NCBI GenBank assembly: GCA_903928915.1
Contig: CAIYSL010000102.1
Span: 2,035 to 66,034, forward strand
DNA length: 64,000 bases
Source of the DNA: an uncultured Syntrophobacterales bacterium
GTDB taxonomy: Bacteria > Desulfobacterota > Syntrophia > Syntrophales > UBA5619
Direction of reading: 5' to 3'
Shown here: piece by piece, positions 17,087-26,770 of the stretch
Layout of the letters: each line of letters starts with the position of its first letter
How positions within the stretch are numbered: position 1 is the stretch's first letter
Notes under the pieces: generated by a model
Told to the model about the DNA's origin: nothing
The model's input: the letters and a program-made list of their open reading frames with translations, nothing else
Database searches by the model: none
Program-made: the position numbers and the translations under genes

Positions 17087-17785
17087 TCACACCCCCAGCC
17101 AGCGGTGCTTTGCCTCCTGGTCCTCCCAGAGTTCGGCCGGGGTGGCCGAGTAGACGATCTTCCCCTTGCTCATCAGATGGATGTAGTCGGCGAAGCGCCG
17201 CGCAAAGGAGAGGTTCTGCTCCACCAGGAAGATGGAGAGGCCCTCCTGCTTGAGCTTGACGATCGCGTCGCCCACCTCGCGCACCAGCACCGGGGCCAGC
17301 CCTTCGGTGGGCTCGTCCATCAGCAGGAACAGCGGGTTCGAGATCAGGGCCCGGGCGATGGCCAACATCTGCTGCTCCCCGCCGCTCAGGGTATTGGCCC
17401 GCTGGTCGCGGCGCTCTTCGAGGCGGGGGAAGAGCTTGTAGATCTTGGCAAAATCCCAGGCCCCCGGGGCGTCGGCGCCGCGCTCGGCGATGGCCAGGTT
17501 CTCGCGCACCGTCAGGGAGGGGAAAACGCGCCGTCCCTGGGGAACCAGCCCCATCCCCATCCGGACGATGCGGTCGGCATCCAGGTGGGTGATCTCCTGG
17601 CCGTTGAACATGATCCTTCCCGACCTGGCGGGCGTAAACCCGATGATGGAGCGGATCAGGGTCGTCTTCCCGACCCCGTTGCGCCCCAGCATGGCCAGGA
17701 CCATCCCCTTCTTCACTTCCAGGCTGACCCCCTGCAGGACATAACTGTCGCCGTAGTAGGTGTGAATGTCTTCTATCTTGAGCAT
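17087..17785 (-). CDS. ABC transporter ATP-binding protein, LivF-type
   Basis: Walker A GRNGVGKTT, signature LSGGEQQMLAI, Walker B LLMDEP; 232 aa. Confidence 0.9.
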   Translation of the reverse strand: MLKIEDIHTYYGDSYVLQGVSLEVKKGMVLAMLGRNGVGKTTLIRSIIGFTPARSGRIMFNGQEITHLDADRIVRMGMGLVPQGRRVFPSLTVRENLAIAERGADAPGAWDFAKIYKLFPRLEERRDQRANTLSGGEQQMLAIARALISNPLFLLMDEPTEGLAPVLVREVGDAIVKLKQEGLSIFLVEQNLSFARRFADYIHLMSKGKIVYSATPAELWEDQEAKHRWLGV

Positions 17786-17791
17786 GACCGG

Positions 17792-18568
17792 TTACTCCGC
17801 CCCCAGATAAATGTCGTGGACCACCGCGTTGTTCTTGATCTCCTCTTTCGTCCCTTCCGTCAGGAATTTGCCGTGATACAGCACCGTGATCCGTTCGGCG
17901 AATTCGAAGGCCACGTCCAGGTCATGCTCGATCATCAGGATCGTGATCGACGGGTCGAGCCTTTTCAGCAGCGCCGACAGCTCCTTCGTCTCCGCATCGG
18001 AAAGGCCCGCTGCCGGTTCGTCGAGCAGCAGGAGCCGCGGCTTTTCCGCCAGGGCCATGGCCACCTCGATATGGCGCTGGTCCCCGTGGGAAAGGTTCTT
18101 CACCAACTCGTTCCGCTTCTCCCAGAGGTTGAACTCCTCAAGCACCTGATCGCAGCGGTTGACGTGTTTCCGGTACGAGGAGAGGGGCCGCACCATGACG
18201 AACTTCGATCTGTCCAGGGCCTGACAGGACATCAGGATGTTTTCCGCCACGCTCAGGCAGCGGAAGAGGTTGGTCACCTGGTAGGTGCGGGCGATGCCCA
18301 GGGCCGCCCGGCGGTGGATGGGGTAGCGGGTGATCTCCTGCCCGTAGAAGAGAATCCGCCCCCGCGTTGCCGGGTAGATTCCGCTGACCAGGTTGAAGAG
18401 GGTGGTCTTCCCGGCGCCGTTGGGTCCCATCAGAACGCGCCGCTCCCCCGTCTCGATCGTCAGGTTTACGCTGTCGACGGCCCTGAGTCCGCCGAACTCC
18501 ACGGTCAGGTCGTCCAGGAGCAGGCACGGTCCCTGTCCATCCCCGCCCCCCTTCTGTGTTGATGCCAT
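17792..18568 (-). CDS. ABC transporter ATP-binding protein, LivG-type
   Basis: ORF 17792..18694 trimmed to the ATG at 18568 (MASTQKGGG...). GPNGAGKTT, LSHGDQRHIEVAMAL and LLLDEP motifs. Confidence 0.9.
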   Translation of the reverse strand: MASTQKGGGDGQGPCLLLDDLTVEFGGLRAVDSVNLTIETGERRVLMGPNGAGKTTLFNLVSGIYPATRGRILFYGQEITRYPIHRRAALGIARTYQVTNLFRCLSVAENILMSCQALDRSKFVMVRPLSSYRKHVNRCDQVLEEFNLWEKRNELVKNLSHGDQRHIEVAMALAEKPRLLLLDEPAAGLSDAETKELSALLKRLDPSITILMIEHDLDVAFEFAERITVLYHGKFLTEGTKEEIKNNAVVHDIYLGAE

Positions 18569-18665
18569 AACGGTGTCCGCATCCTTTCTCGCAGCCGGAG
18601 GTCCATTCTTCCCGGGCCCCGCGGCGAAACCGCCGCCCGCGGCCCCCTCCGTCTTCTTCCGCCCT

Positions 18666-19673
18666 TTATCCGTTCCAGGTCTTGCAGGCCCCATCCGGGC
18701 TCTTGGCTGCCGTCTCGGCCTTGATGCGCCGCGACCGGAACCACTCCTTGACGAGGTTCACCAGCCCCTGCGGGGCATACAGAATGGTGAGAATATAGAT
18801 CGAGCCGATGATCAGCAGCCAGCGCTCGGTGTAGGCGCTGATGAAGTTCTTCAGAAACACGATGATCCCCGCCCCGAGCGCCGGACCGATGAGCGTCCCG
18901 GGTCCCCCGAGGATGACCATCAGGATGATTTCGATCGAGGCGTTGAGGTCCATGTCGTAGGGGCTGATGAACCCGTTGAAATAGGCCCAGAAGACACCCG
19001 CCGACCCGGCGAAGCTCGAGGCCACCACATAGGCCAGATACTTGTGGAGCCACGTATGGTAGCCCAGGACCCGCATCCGGGATTCGCTGTCCCGGATCCC
19101 CTTGAGGCTGTGGCCGAAGGGGGAACGGATGAGCAGGATCAGCAGGACCAGGGCGATCAGGAAAAAGGCCAGGATGACGTAATAATAGGTCAGGGGATCG
19201 GTCATGTTCAGGGGAAGCCCCAGGTCGGGCCGCATCACGCCGGAGATGCCGTTGTCGCCTCCGGTCATGGTCACCCAGCGAAAGGCGATCCCCCAGAGGC
19301 ACATCCCCAGGGCCAGGGTGATGATCAGAAAGGAGACCCCCGAGGCGTGGGCCACCAGAAACCCGAAGACCATGGCGATCAGGAGGGACAGCACGGTCCC
19401 GCCGAGCAGACAGGGGATGAATCCCCCGCCGTAGCGGGTGGAGAGAATGGCCGTGACGTACCCGGCGGCTCCGAAGAACGCCGCGTGGCCGAAGGAGGAG
19501 AGTCCGCTGTAGCCCATCAGCACGTCCAGGCTCATGGCCAGGACGGCGAAAATCAGCATCTGTGTCAGGAGCGAGATCCAGTAGGAGGTGTAGAAGGGCG
19601 GCAGGGCCATCAGGAACACCATTCCCAGCAGAATGCCCGCGATCTTTGTTTTCGAATTGAAGAGGTCTTTCAT
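18666..19673 (-). CDS. ABC transporter permease, LivM-type
   Basis: Lower part of the 652-aa track ORF. The real start is ATG at 19673 (MKDLFNSKTKIAGILLGMVFLMALPPF...). The upstream in-frame part overlaps LivH out of frame and is Arg/Gly/Pro junk. Confidence 0.85.
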   Translation of the reverse strand: MKDLFNSKTKIAGILLGMVFLMALPPFYTSYWISLLTQMLIFAVLAMSLDVLMGYSGLSSFGHAAFFGAAGYVTAILSTRYGGGFIPCLLGGTVLSLLIAMVFGFLVAHASGVSFLIITLALGMCLWGIAFRWVTMTGGDNGISGVMRPDLGLPLNMTDPLTYYYVILAFFLIALVLLILLIRSPFGHSLKGIRDSESRMRVLGYHTWLHKYLAYVVASSFAGSAGVFWAYFNGFISPYDMDLNASIEIILMVILGGPGTLIGPALGAGIIVFLKNFISAYTERWLLIIGSIYILTILYAPQGLVNLVKEWFRSRRIKAETAAKSPDGACKTWNG

Positions 19674-19678
19674 GAGCG

Positions 19679-20536
19679 TCAATCTTTCCCGAAGAGCCCC
19701 GCCGGTTTCAGGGCCACAACCAGCGCCATGGGGGCGAAGAGCGTAAAGTAGGAGAGTTCCGGGATCAGGGCCTTGCCGAAGTTGTCCACCAGCCCCACCA
19801 GGATGCTGCCCACCGCGGAACCGAGCAGCGACCCCCGGCCCCCGACGAGCACCACGACGAACCCCAGCGACAGGAGCTCGAAATCCAGTCCCGGGTAGAC
19901 GCCGAAGATCGGTCCCCCCATCACCCCCCCGAAGGCGGCCAGAAAGGCACCCAGGCCGAACATGAACCCGGAAATCAGGGGCACGTTGAGCCCGACGCCC
20001 CGCGCCATCTCGTGGTCGTCGACGGCCGCCCTGAGCTTGGCGCCGACCAGGGTCTTGTCGTTGAACAGCCACAGGGCGATCGCCACCACCACGGCCACGC
20101 CGAAGATGAAGAGGCGGTAGATGGGGAAAACGACGCCGAAGATGTTGGCCGACCCCTTGAGGAACTGGGGGGCCTCCAGGAGGTAGGGGTCCCCCCCCCA
20201 GATCAGGAGCGAAAGGTCCCGAAAGATCAGGGCGAACCCCATGGTGATCATCATCTGCGGCATGGCCTGGAGGGAAAAGCGCCTCAGGAAGCCCCGTTCC
20301 ATGACCGCCCCGAGGACGCCGACGGCAAGCCCCCCCGCCAGGGTGGCCAGGAAAAAGTTGTTCGTCTTGTTCAGGACGGTCATCCCGACGTAGGCCCCCA
20401 CCATGAAGAAGGAGCCGTGGGCGATGTTGACGATCTTCATCACCCCGTAGATCAGCGAAAGCCCGCTGGAAAGCAAAAAAAGAAGGGCTGCGAACGAAAG
20501 CCCGTTCAGCGTCTGGACCAATAAGAAATCGCTCAA
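19679..20536 (-). CDS. ABC transporter permease, LivH-type
   Basis: TTG at 20536 preceded by GGAGGTGGAG gives MSDFLLVQTLNGLSFAALLFLLSSGLSLIYG, a typical LivH N-terminus. Confidence 0.85.
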   Translation of the reverse strand: MSDFLLVQTLNGLSFAALLFLLSSGLSLIYGVMKIVNIAHGSFFMVGAYVGMTVLNKTNNFFLATLAGGLAVGVLGAVMERGFLRRFSLQAMPQMMITMGFALIFRDLSLLIWGGDPYLLEAPQFLKGSANIFGVVFPIYRLFIFGVAVVVAIALWLFNDKTLVGAKLRAAVDDHEMARGVGLNVPLISGFMFGLGAFLAAFGGVMGGPIFGVYPGLDFELLSLGFVVVLVGGRGSLLGSAVGSILVGLVDNFGKALIPELSYFTLFAPMALVVALKPAGLFGKD

Positions 20537-20760
20537 AACTCCACCTCCGCCCGTCAGCCCTCCCCGGCAAACGGTACCCGTACCCAACCGCGCGGCAGTC
20601 GCAGTCCGAACGCGGGGGGCACAACCGTGCCCCCCGCGCAGGGAAAATCGAAGTTCAGGTTATCCTCAGCCCATCCACATCCGCCCCGCGGTCAACCGGT
20701 TCGCTCCGGCATGGCGAGCCCCCGTCCGGCAAGGCAGGAGGTGCGGATCAAATCGCCCGG

Positions 20761-22005
20761 TCAGGGTTTAACCGGGGGAAACTCGCGGGAATACACGGGC
20801 TGCTTCAGGAAATCCTCCGGCTTGGACTTCCAGAACTGGGAAACGTTCGGGAAGGTATGGACCACCGTGTTCTGCAGCTCGCCCTTCACCTTCTCCACCT
20901 TGCGGACGTAGACGTTCTGCAGGGGGTTGCCGTAATGGTCCAGTTTCATCGGCCCGCGGGGGAGGTCCTTCAGCTCGACCGCCTTCAGGGCCGCCAGCAT
21001 CTTGGCCCGATTCTCCACGTCGCCGTTCGTCGCTTTGATGGCCTCGACGATCCAGCGCATCCCCGAGTACGTCCCCTCGGAGTAGTAGGAGGCGGCCTTC
21101 TTGGCCTTGGCCCGGAATGCCTTGACGAACTTCTTGTTGGCGGGGTTGTCCAGCGCCTCGCTGTAGATGAGCGGGGTGATGATGCCGAGCGCCTCGTCTC
21201 CCATCGAGGGGAGGGCGTGCTCGTCGGTCACGGTCCCGCCGCCGATCAACGGGATCTTATCCTTCAGGCCGAACTCCTTGTACTGCTTCACGAACTGCAG
21301 GGTCAGCCGGCCGGAGAAGACGGCGAAGACCGCGTCCGCGTCCTTGGAGATCTGCGAGAGGTAGGGGCTCATGTCCTGGGCCGTCATGGGCACCCAGATC
21401 TTCTGGAGGACCTTCCCGCCGGCGTCCTCGAAGGTCTTGTGGAAGCCGCTGGCGCACTCCCAGCCAAAGGCAAAATCATACGCGACGATCGAAACCTTCT
21501 TGAATTTCAAGACATTGTATGCATATTCGCCGAAGGGCTGATGGGGCTGGCTGCTCGACCAGCCGGTCCGCACGATCCACTTGGGAACCTTCCGCTGGGT
21601 GATGTCGTCGGCGGACATGATCGGGTAGGTCATGGGAATCGCTTTCGAGTCGATGTACGGCGCGATCGCATAGGCGGTGGAGGCCATCAGGCCGCCGGTC
21701 ATGATATGAACGCCGTCCTTTTCGATCAGCTTGCGCGACTTCGTGAGTCCCACTGCCGGATTCGCCTCGTCGTCCTCGACGAGAAGCTCGATCTTCCGGC
21801 CGGCTGCCTGGTGCTTGATCTCCTCAAGGTAGAGCTGGGCGCCTGCCAGCATGTCCTTCCCATTGGCGGCCATCCCGCCCGACAGGGGGGCGAAGAAGCC
21901 GATCTTGATGGGCCCTTTTTCTGCTGACCATGAGGGTAACGGATTGATCAGGAAGACACTCATCACCGCAGCCACGAACAGAACGGTCAACCATTTTTTC
22001 TTCAT
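20761..22005 (-). CDS. ABC transporter periplasmic substrate-binding protein (LivK/type I PBP family)
   Basis: Signal peptide MKKKWLTVLFVAAVMSVFLINPLPSWSA, then IKIGFFAPLSGGMAANGKDM, typical of Leu/Ile/Val-binding-protein-family receptors. RBS GGGAGGAGAGGA. Confidence 0.9.
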   Translation of the reverse strand: MKKKWLTVLFVAAVMSVFLINPLPSWSAEKGPIKIGFFAPLSGGMAANGKDMLAGAQLYLEEIKHQAAGRKIELLVEDDEANPAVGLTKSRKLIEKDGVHIMTGGLMASTAYAIAPYIDSKAIPMTYPIMSADDITQRKVPKWIVRTGWSSSQPHQPFGEYAYNVLKFKKVSIVAYDFAFGWECASGFHKTFEDAGGKVLQKIWVPMTAQDMSPYLSQISKDADAVFAVFSGRLTLQFVKQYKEFGLKDKIPLIGGGTVTDEHALPSMGDEALGIITPLIYSEALDNPANKKFVKAFRAKAKKAASYYSEGTYSGMRWIVEAIKATNGDVENRAKMLAALKAVELKDLPRGPMKLDHYGNPLQNVYVRKVEKVKGELQNTVVHTFPNVSQFWKSKPEDFLKQPVYSREFPPVKP

Positions 22006-22064
22006 CGTTCCTCTCCTCCCTTACTGCTTGATTTCGCTAATGAGAACAGCCGGTGTTGAGGGCG

Positions 22065-22093
22065 ACTATATGAAGGCGGGCTCGGTGTGTCAA
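22065..22093 (-). promoter_or_regulatory. Sigma-70-type promoter for the ABC/AOR cluster
   Basis: Minus strand: TTGACA-N17-TATAGT (TGTCAA at 22088-22093, ACTATA at 22065-22070 on the plus strand). Confidence 0.6.
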
Positions 22094-22209
22094 GATAATT
22101 CTTGATTTAGTTCGCTTGACTGCGATCGATGCGCAGCCGCGGCAGCAGCCGGGTACTCTGCGGTTACGCAGGAGCGGTCGCCGTCGTTTCCGCCTGCGGA
22201 CGGATTTTC

Positions 22210-22238
22210 TTGACAGACGCCTCCCCGGTCCCTATACT
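22210..22238 (+). promoter_or_regulatory. Sigma-70-type promoter for the nitrilase-family gene
   Basis: TTGACA (22210-22215)-N17-TATACT (22233-22238), ~78 nt upstream of the GTG start at 22316. Confidence 0.6.
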
Positions 22239-22315
22239 CGGACCGCATCCAGCCCCCCGGAACATCCCTGTGATACCCTCCGGGCACATCACCGAACGAG
22301 GAAGAGGAGCTCACC

Positions 22316-23149
22316 GTGAAGGTTACCGTAGCGGCAGTCCAGACGAAGACCGTCCTCGAGGCGGACCAGCAGACGAAAAATATCGAAATGGCGAGGCAGT
22401 ACGTAGCCCAGGCCGCCGAGCAGGGGGCGCAGTTCGTCTGCTTCCCCGAGACCTACCCGGGCCCCTGGAAGGCGCCGCTCAGCTATTCACCCGTCGAACC
22501 GCTGAAGGAGATGGCGAAAGAGCACAACGTCATCATCATCGCCGGGGCCAACTGCCCTGTTCCCGGGAATCCCGGGCGGGGCTACACCTCCCAGATCATC
22601 GTCAGCCCCGACGGGTCGGTGGGGAGGTACAACCGGACGATTCCGAAGGGTCCCTGGATCTACAAGGGGGGGCGGTTCTGGGATTACGATTACCAGGAGG
22701 GGGACGACCTGCCGGTTTTTCCGACCCCTTTCGGCACGGTCGGGATCCTGATCTGCAGCGAGGTGTACGCACCGGAACTCTCCCGGCTTCTGGCCTTGAA
22801 GGGGGCGGAGATCATCTTCCTGCCCGCCGGCGTCTGCAAATACGAGCTTCAGGCGACCTGGCGCACCCTGATCTGGGCGCGGGCGATCGAAAACCTCGCC
22901 TACACGGTGACCTGTCAGAACATCCTGGGGGCGGAGCAGGGGCTGGCGATGATCTGCAGCCCCGAGGAGGTCCTCGTCGAGGCGACGAAGCCGGGAATCT
23001 TCACCGCTCAATGCGACCTCGACCGCATCCGCTGGCTCCGCGAACAGCGGGACCTCTACGGACCGCCGATGCCCTGGAACACCAAACCCGGCACCCTCCG
23101 GGACTGGCGCCGCCCCGAGGTGTACCGGAAGAACTGTTCGGATTGGTAG
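22316..23149 (+). CDS. Carbon-nitrogen hydrolase (nitrilase superfamily)
   Basis: VAAVQ...FVCFPETYPGPW (catalytic Glu region) and GILICSEVYAPE (catalytic Cys); 277 aa; GTG start with GAGGAGC upstream. Confidence 0.85.
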   Translation: MKVTVAAVQTKTVLEADQQTKNIEMARQYVAQAAEQGAQFVCFPETYPGPWKAPLSYSPVEPLKEMAKEHNVIIIAGANCPVPGNPGRGYTSQIIVSPDGSVGRYNRTIPKGPWIYKGGRFWDYDYQEGDDLPVFPTPFGTVGILICSEVYAPELSRLLALKGAEIIFLPAGVCKYELQATWRTLIWARAIENLAYTVTCQNILGAEQGLAMICSPEEVLVEATKPGIFTAQCDLDRIRWLREQRDLYGPPMPWNTKPGTLRDWRRPEVYRKNCSDW

Positions 23150-23155
23150 GGAAAA

Positions 23156-25063
23156 CTATCTCCGGTCCCGGATGAACTCGTTCAGCCAGTAGAGATTCAG
23201 CTCGGCGAGTTTGCCCCGCGTCGGCACCCCCTCTGCGGGGTCCCACCCCATTGCCTCGTAGTAGAGGGTCAACAGGTCGTCGAACTCCTCACGGTCGATC
23301 CCCTTGCCCTCCAGGGCGCCGCTTTCCAGGGGTTCGAACAGCCGCTCCGGGAGGGCGTCATCCCTGCGCCCGAACCCCTCGCGCAGGTTGAATACGCGGG
23401 CCATGTTCACGGTCCGTTCGCCCACCTTCATCAGCTCCCAGAGGCTCGTCTCCCAGCCGGTCACCGCCTGCACCACCTCCACGAGTTTCGGGAGGGTCAG
23501 CGCCCAGACCGGTCCGGCGACGAAGTTGCAGACCCCGAGGGATTCGTACAGCGACCAGACGAAGTGGAGGTAGGTGAAATTGCGCGCCTTGCGCGCCCCC
23601 ATCTCCCGGCCGGGGACCGGCTCCAACAGGCCGAGCGGGGCGATCCGGCCGAGAAGCGGCCCCGGCGCCTGAAAGGGGGTGTCGTGGGGGGCCCGCACAT
23701 GGTCCGCCCCGGTCGGCGAAACGGCGAAGCTCAGCCCCTGCCCGGTCTTGCCGCGGGGGTCGTGCATCGGCAGCTCCTGCCCCTTGATGTGGAGGGCGAA
23801 CCGCTCCGCCCCCCTGCCGATCCTGGAGGCCGCGATCCTGACGCCGTCGGCCAGGATATCCCCCAGCCCCGGCCTGCGGAAGGCGATCCATTCGATCGCC
23901 TTGAGCATCGCTTCGGGGTTCCCGAAGGTGAACTCGACCCCCTCCGTGTCGGCCTTGGTGAGGATGCCCTGCTCGGCGCATTCCATGGCGAAGGCGATCG
24001 CGGCGCCGGTGGAAATCGTGTCGAGGGTGTAGCGGTTGCACAGCTCGTTCCCCTTAGCGACGGCCTCGAGGTCGTCGATGCACAAAAGCGAGCCCAGCGA
24101 GCTCAGGGTCTCGTATTCCGGCCCGCCGTAGCTCGGCGAGGTGGCGTAGGGGCCGGAGGGGATCTCCACCGCCCGCTTGCACCGCACGGCGCAGGCGTAG
24201 CACCCCTCCTCGCCCTTCAGGATCGTCTCGGCCATCCGCTCGCCGCTGATCCGGGCCGCCCCGGCGAAGCTGCCGCCGCGGAAATTCCGGGTCGGCAGGA
24301 TCCCCTGGTTGTTGATCGCCATGACGAGGTTGGAGGTGCCGAGCTTCCGGAGCACCTTGTTCGGTCCGTGCCGGCCGATCAGCCCGGCCAGCTCCTTGGC
24401 GAGTGCCTGGAGCCTCTGCGGGTCGTGGATATCCAGCTTTTTCGTCCCCCGCACCGCAACGGCCTTCAGGTTTTTCGAGCCCATCACCGCGCCCATGCCG
24501 GTCCGTCCGTTGGCGTGCTTGAGCTCGTTGACCACGCAGGCGTAGCGCACCAGGTTCTCGCCGCCGGGCCCGATCAGGGCGACCCGTGCCCGCTGCTGGC
24601 CGAGCTCCTCCCGGATCGCCTCCTGGGCCGGACCGGTCTCCAACCCCCAGATCCGCTCCGCCGACCGGATCTCGCAGGCGCCGTCGTTGATCCAGAGATA
24701 GCAGGGCCGGGTTGCCTTTCCCGTCACGACGACCGCATCGAACCCGGCGAATTTCAGCTCCGGCCCCCAGAACCCGCCGGCCTCCGTCTCCCCGTACCCT
24801 CCGGTCAGGGGCGACTTTGCCGCCACGGTGTACCGCACCATCCCGGCGATCGGCGCCCCGGAGATCACCGAGGAGGCGAAGATCAGGATGTTGTCGGCTG
24901 ACAGCGGGTCGATTCCCGGCTTGAGTTCTTTCAGCAGATAGTACGACGCCAACCCTCCGCCGCCCAGGTAGGTCCGGTAGACGAGCTCCTCGGGCTGATC
25001 GACCCCTACCGTCCCGGAGGTCAAATCCACCCGGAGGACCCTGCCGTTGTATCCGTAAGGCAT
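23156..25063 (-). CDS. Aldehyde:ferredoxin oxidoreductase family, paralog 2
   Basis: NGRVLRVDLTSGTVGVDQPEELVYRTYLGGGGLASYYL; GGPEYETLSSLGS; 635 aa; RBS AAAGGAGAA. Confidence 0.9.
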   Translation of the reverse strand: MPYGYNGRVLRVDLTSGTVGVDQPEELVYRTYLGGGGLASYYLLKELKPGIDPLSADNILIFASSVISGAPIAGMVRYTVAAKSPLTGGYGETEAGGFWGPELKFAGFDAVVVTGKATRPCYLWINDGACEIRSAERIWGLETGPAQEAIREELGQQRARVALIGPGGENLVRYACVVNELKHANGRTGMGAVMGSKNLKAVAVRGTKKLDIHDPQRLQALAKELAGLIGRHGPNKVLRKLGTSNLVMAINNQGILPTRNFRGGSFAGAARISGERMAETILKGEEGCYACAVRCKRAVEIPSGPYATSPSYGGPEYETLSSLGSLLCIDDLEAVAKGNELCNRYTLDTISTGAAIAFAMECAEQGILTKADTEGVEFTFGNPEAMLKAIEWIAFRRPGLGDILADGVRIAASRIGRGAERFALHIKGQELPMHDPRGKTGQGLSFAVSPTGADHVRAPHDTPFQAPGPLLGRIAPLGLLEPVPGREMGARKARNFTYLHFVWSLYESLGVCNFVAGPVWALTLPKLVEVVQAVTGWETSLWELMKVGERTVNMARVFNLREGFGRRDDALPERLFEPLESGALEGKGIDREEFDDLLTLYYEAMGWDPAEGVPTRGKLAELNLYWLNEFIRDRR

Positions 25064-25341
25064 GCCTGTTCTCCTTTCTTACCCGTCCCGCCGCTGCCCC
25101 GGGGTCAGTCTGCTCCCGCCCTGCCCTCCCGCCGGCCCCGGTGATGCCCGGCCTCGCCAGCGGGGGTTCCGGCGCAACGGGGCTCCTTGTTGAGGGGGGA
25201 GAGCGGGTTCGCACTGCCGGGTACGGCCGGAAGGTCTGGGGGAATCACACGGCCCGGCAAACGCACCGGGCCGGCTTCGCACCCGCCGATGCAAAGCAAA
25301 CGGCTTTCCGGAGCTCGCATCCGCGCGGGAGTGAGGCTGGG

Positions 25342-25719
25342 CTACCGGTTTTGTTCGGTCAGTGTCTTCAACAGCCTCCCGGTCGTTTTCCGGAGACGGA
25401 ATACGACCGTCTTGAGCATCAGCTGAAAATCGGGGGAGAGCTTATTGTATTCGCTGTCGAAGAACTGCCGGTCGATGATCCCGACCTCGGTCGTTCCCCT
25501 GGCGATGGCCGTGGCCGAGCGGGGCGTCTTGTCGAGGTAGGCGATCTCACCGAAGAGCTCTCCCGGCTTGAGCGTCTCGATGACGATCCGCCGGCCGCCC
25601 ACGTTTTGGGAGATCTCCACTTCGCCCGATTCGACAACGTACAGCCAGTCCCCGTTTGCCCCCTCGGCAAAGATCACCTGCCCATCCTTGAACGTTTCGT
25701 ACGTAGCAACCTGAAACAT
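25342..25719 (-). CDS. Stand-alone cyclic-nucleotide-binding domain protein
   Basis: GELFGEIAYLDKTPRSATAIA is the F-G-E...R-[ST]-A phosphate-binding cassette. It is 125 aa with no output domain. Confidence 0.85.
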   Translation of the reverse strand: MFQVATYETFKDGQVIFAEGANGDWLYVVESGEVEISQNVGGRRIVIETLKPGELFGEIAYLDKTPRSATAIARGTTEVGIIDRQFFDSEYNKLSPDFQLMLKTVVFRLRKTTGRLLKTLTEQNR

Positions 25720-25850
25720 CTGCGTTCCTCACTCCATCTCTGTGTCCGTAGGGGTACTGTATAATCGAAAACCGGCCCCGGCGCAAGCCGCTCTTCAGTA
25801 CCCCGCGGTTCGCACCGCACCGGGGCGGGCAGCATGCCCCCACCGGCACG

Positions 25851-26147
25851 TCAGCGAGGTTCGCTCCGGGTTTGGCCGGCCGGCCGGCTCGCGGGCCCGC
25901 TGCGGCGGCCCGCACCGCACTCGCTCCGGAAGAAGGCCCACTCCTCGCACTCGGTACCGTCGGGGAACAGACACACGCCGTACTGTCCGCCGCCGGCGCC
26001 GGTCCGCAGCTCCAGGCGGTAGCCGGATTGTACGCAGTACACCGATGCAGGGTTGGCCAGCCCGGCCTTTCGCTGCCCGGCATCCCCCCCTCCGACGCAC
26101 CCCGCCGCCAGCAGGCACCCCGCCAGCATCCAGTACCGATAGGACAT
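25851..26147 (-). CDS. DUF333-family lipoprotein
   Basis: ATG at 26147: MSYRYWMLAGCLLAAGC (lipobox), then GLANPASVYCVQSGYRLE...GVCLFPDGTECEEWAFF, the DUF333 pattern. Confidence 0.7.
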   Translation of the reverse strand: MSYRYWMLAGCLLAAGCVGGGDAGQRKAGLANPASVYCVQSGYRLELRTGAGGGQYGVCLFPDGTECEEWAFFRSECGAGRRSGPASRPAGQTRSEPR

Positions 26148-26204
26148 CACACGCCCGCCTCGCACGCGCAATCCCGCTCGGCCGGCGGCGAGGCGCCCCC
26201 CCCG

Positions 26205-26702
26205 TTAAATCGCTATCTCCGCCGGGTCGTCGTCCGCTGCCCGGACCCGCCAGGGAAACTGAGCGGAACCGGTGATCTTCTCGAGCGGCAGCTTCAGGTA
26301 TGTTCCACAGGCGCTTACCGCCACATCCCCGTTCGGCAGGAGGATCTCTCCCGTGCCCTCGAACAGCCTGCGCGTGTCCCGGGTGATCCTGCCAACGGCC
26401 CGCAGCTCTCCCGCCAGGGGGATCGGCAGCAGGTACCGCAGGCTCAATTCGGCGGTCACCCCCCAGACGCCGCGGTTCTTGATCATCACCGCCCTGCCGA
26501 TCGTCTCATCCAGGATTGCCGCCGCCATGCCGCCGTGCAACCTGCCGGGGTAGCTCTGATGCCGCTCCTGGGGATTGAAGAGCGCTGCGACTTCGCCGTT
26601 TTCCAGTTCAAAAAAAGCGGCCTTGAGCCCGAACTCGTTCTCCAGCCCGCAGACCAGGCAGTGCGCACAGTTCTCCTGTTTGGCTACGACCCGCTGTTTC
26701 AT
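26205..26702 (-). CDS. PaaI/hotdog-fold thioesterase
   Basis: ATG at 26702 (MKQRVVAKQENCAHCLVCG...); YPGRLHGGMAAAILDETIG is a typical PaaI-family active-site region. Confidence 0.8.
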   Translation of the reverse strand: MKQRVVAKQENCAHCLVCGLENEFGLKAAFFELENGEVAALFNPQERHQSYPGRLHGGMAAAILDETIGRAVMIKNRGVWGVTAELSLRYLLPIPLAGELRAVGRITRDTRRLFEGTGEILLPNGDVAVSACGTYLKLPLEKITGSAQFPWRVRAADDDPAEIAI

Positions 26703-26770
26703 TCCCCCCCCCGACGGCTGCGCCTGAGCCCCTGCACAGCGAGCCCCCCGGCGCCACCTGCTTGGCGCAC

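Noticed and set aside
18666-20624. The 652-aa ORF read as one gene
   Set aside because: Only the C-terminal 335 aa (from MKDLFNSK at 19673) look like a LivM permease. The N-terminal part overlaps the LivH gene in another frame and is R/G/P junk. It was split into two permease genes.
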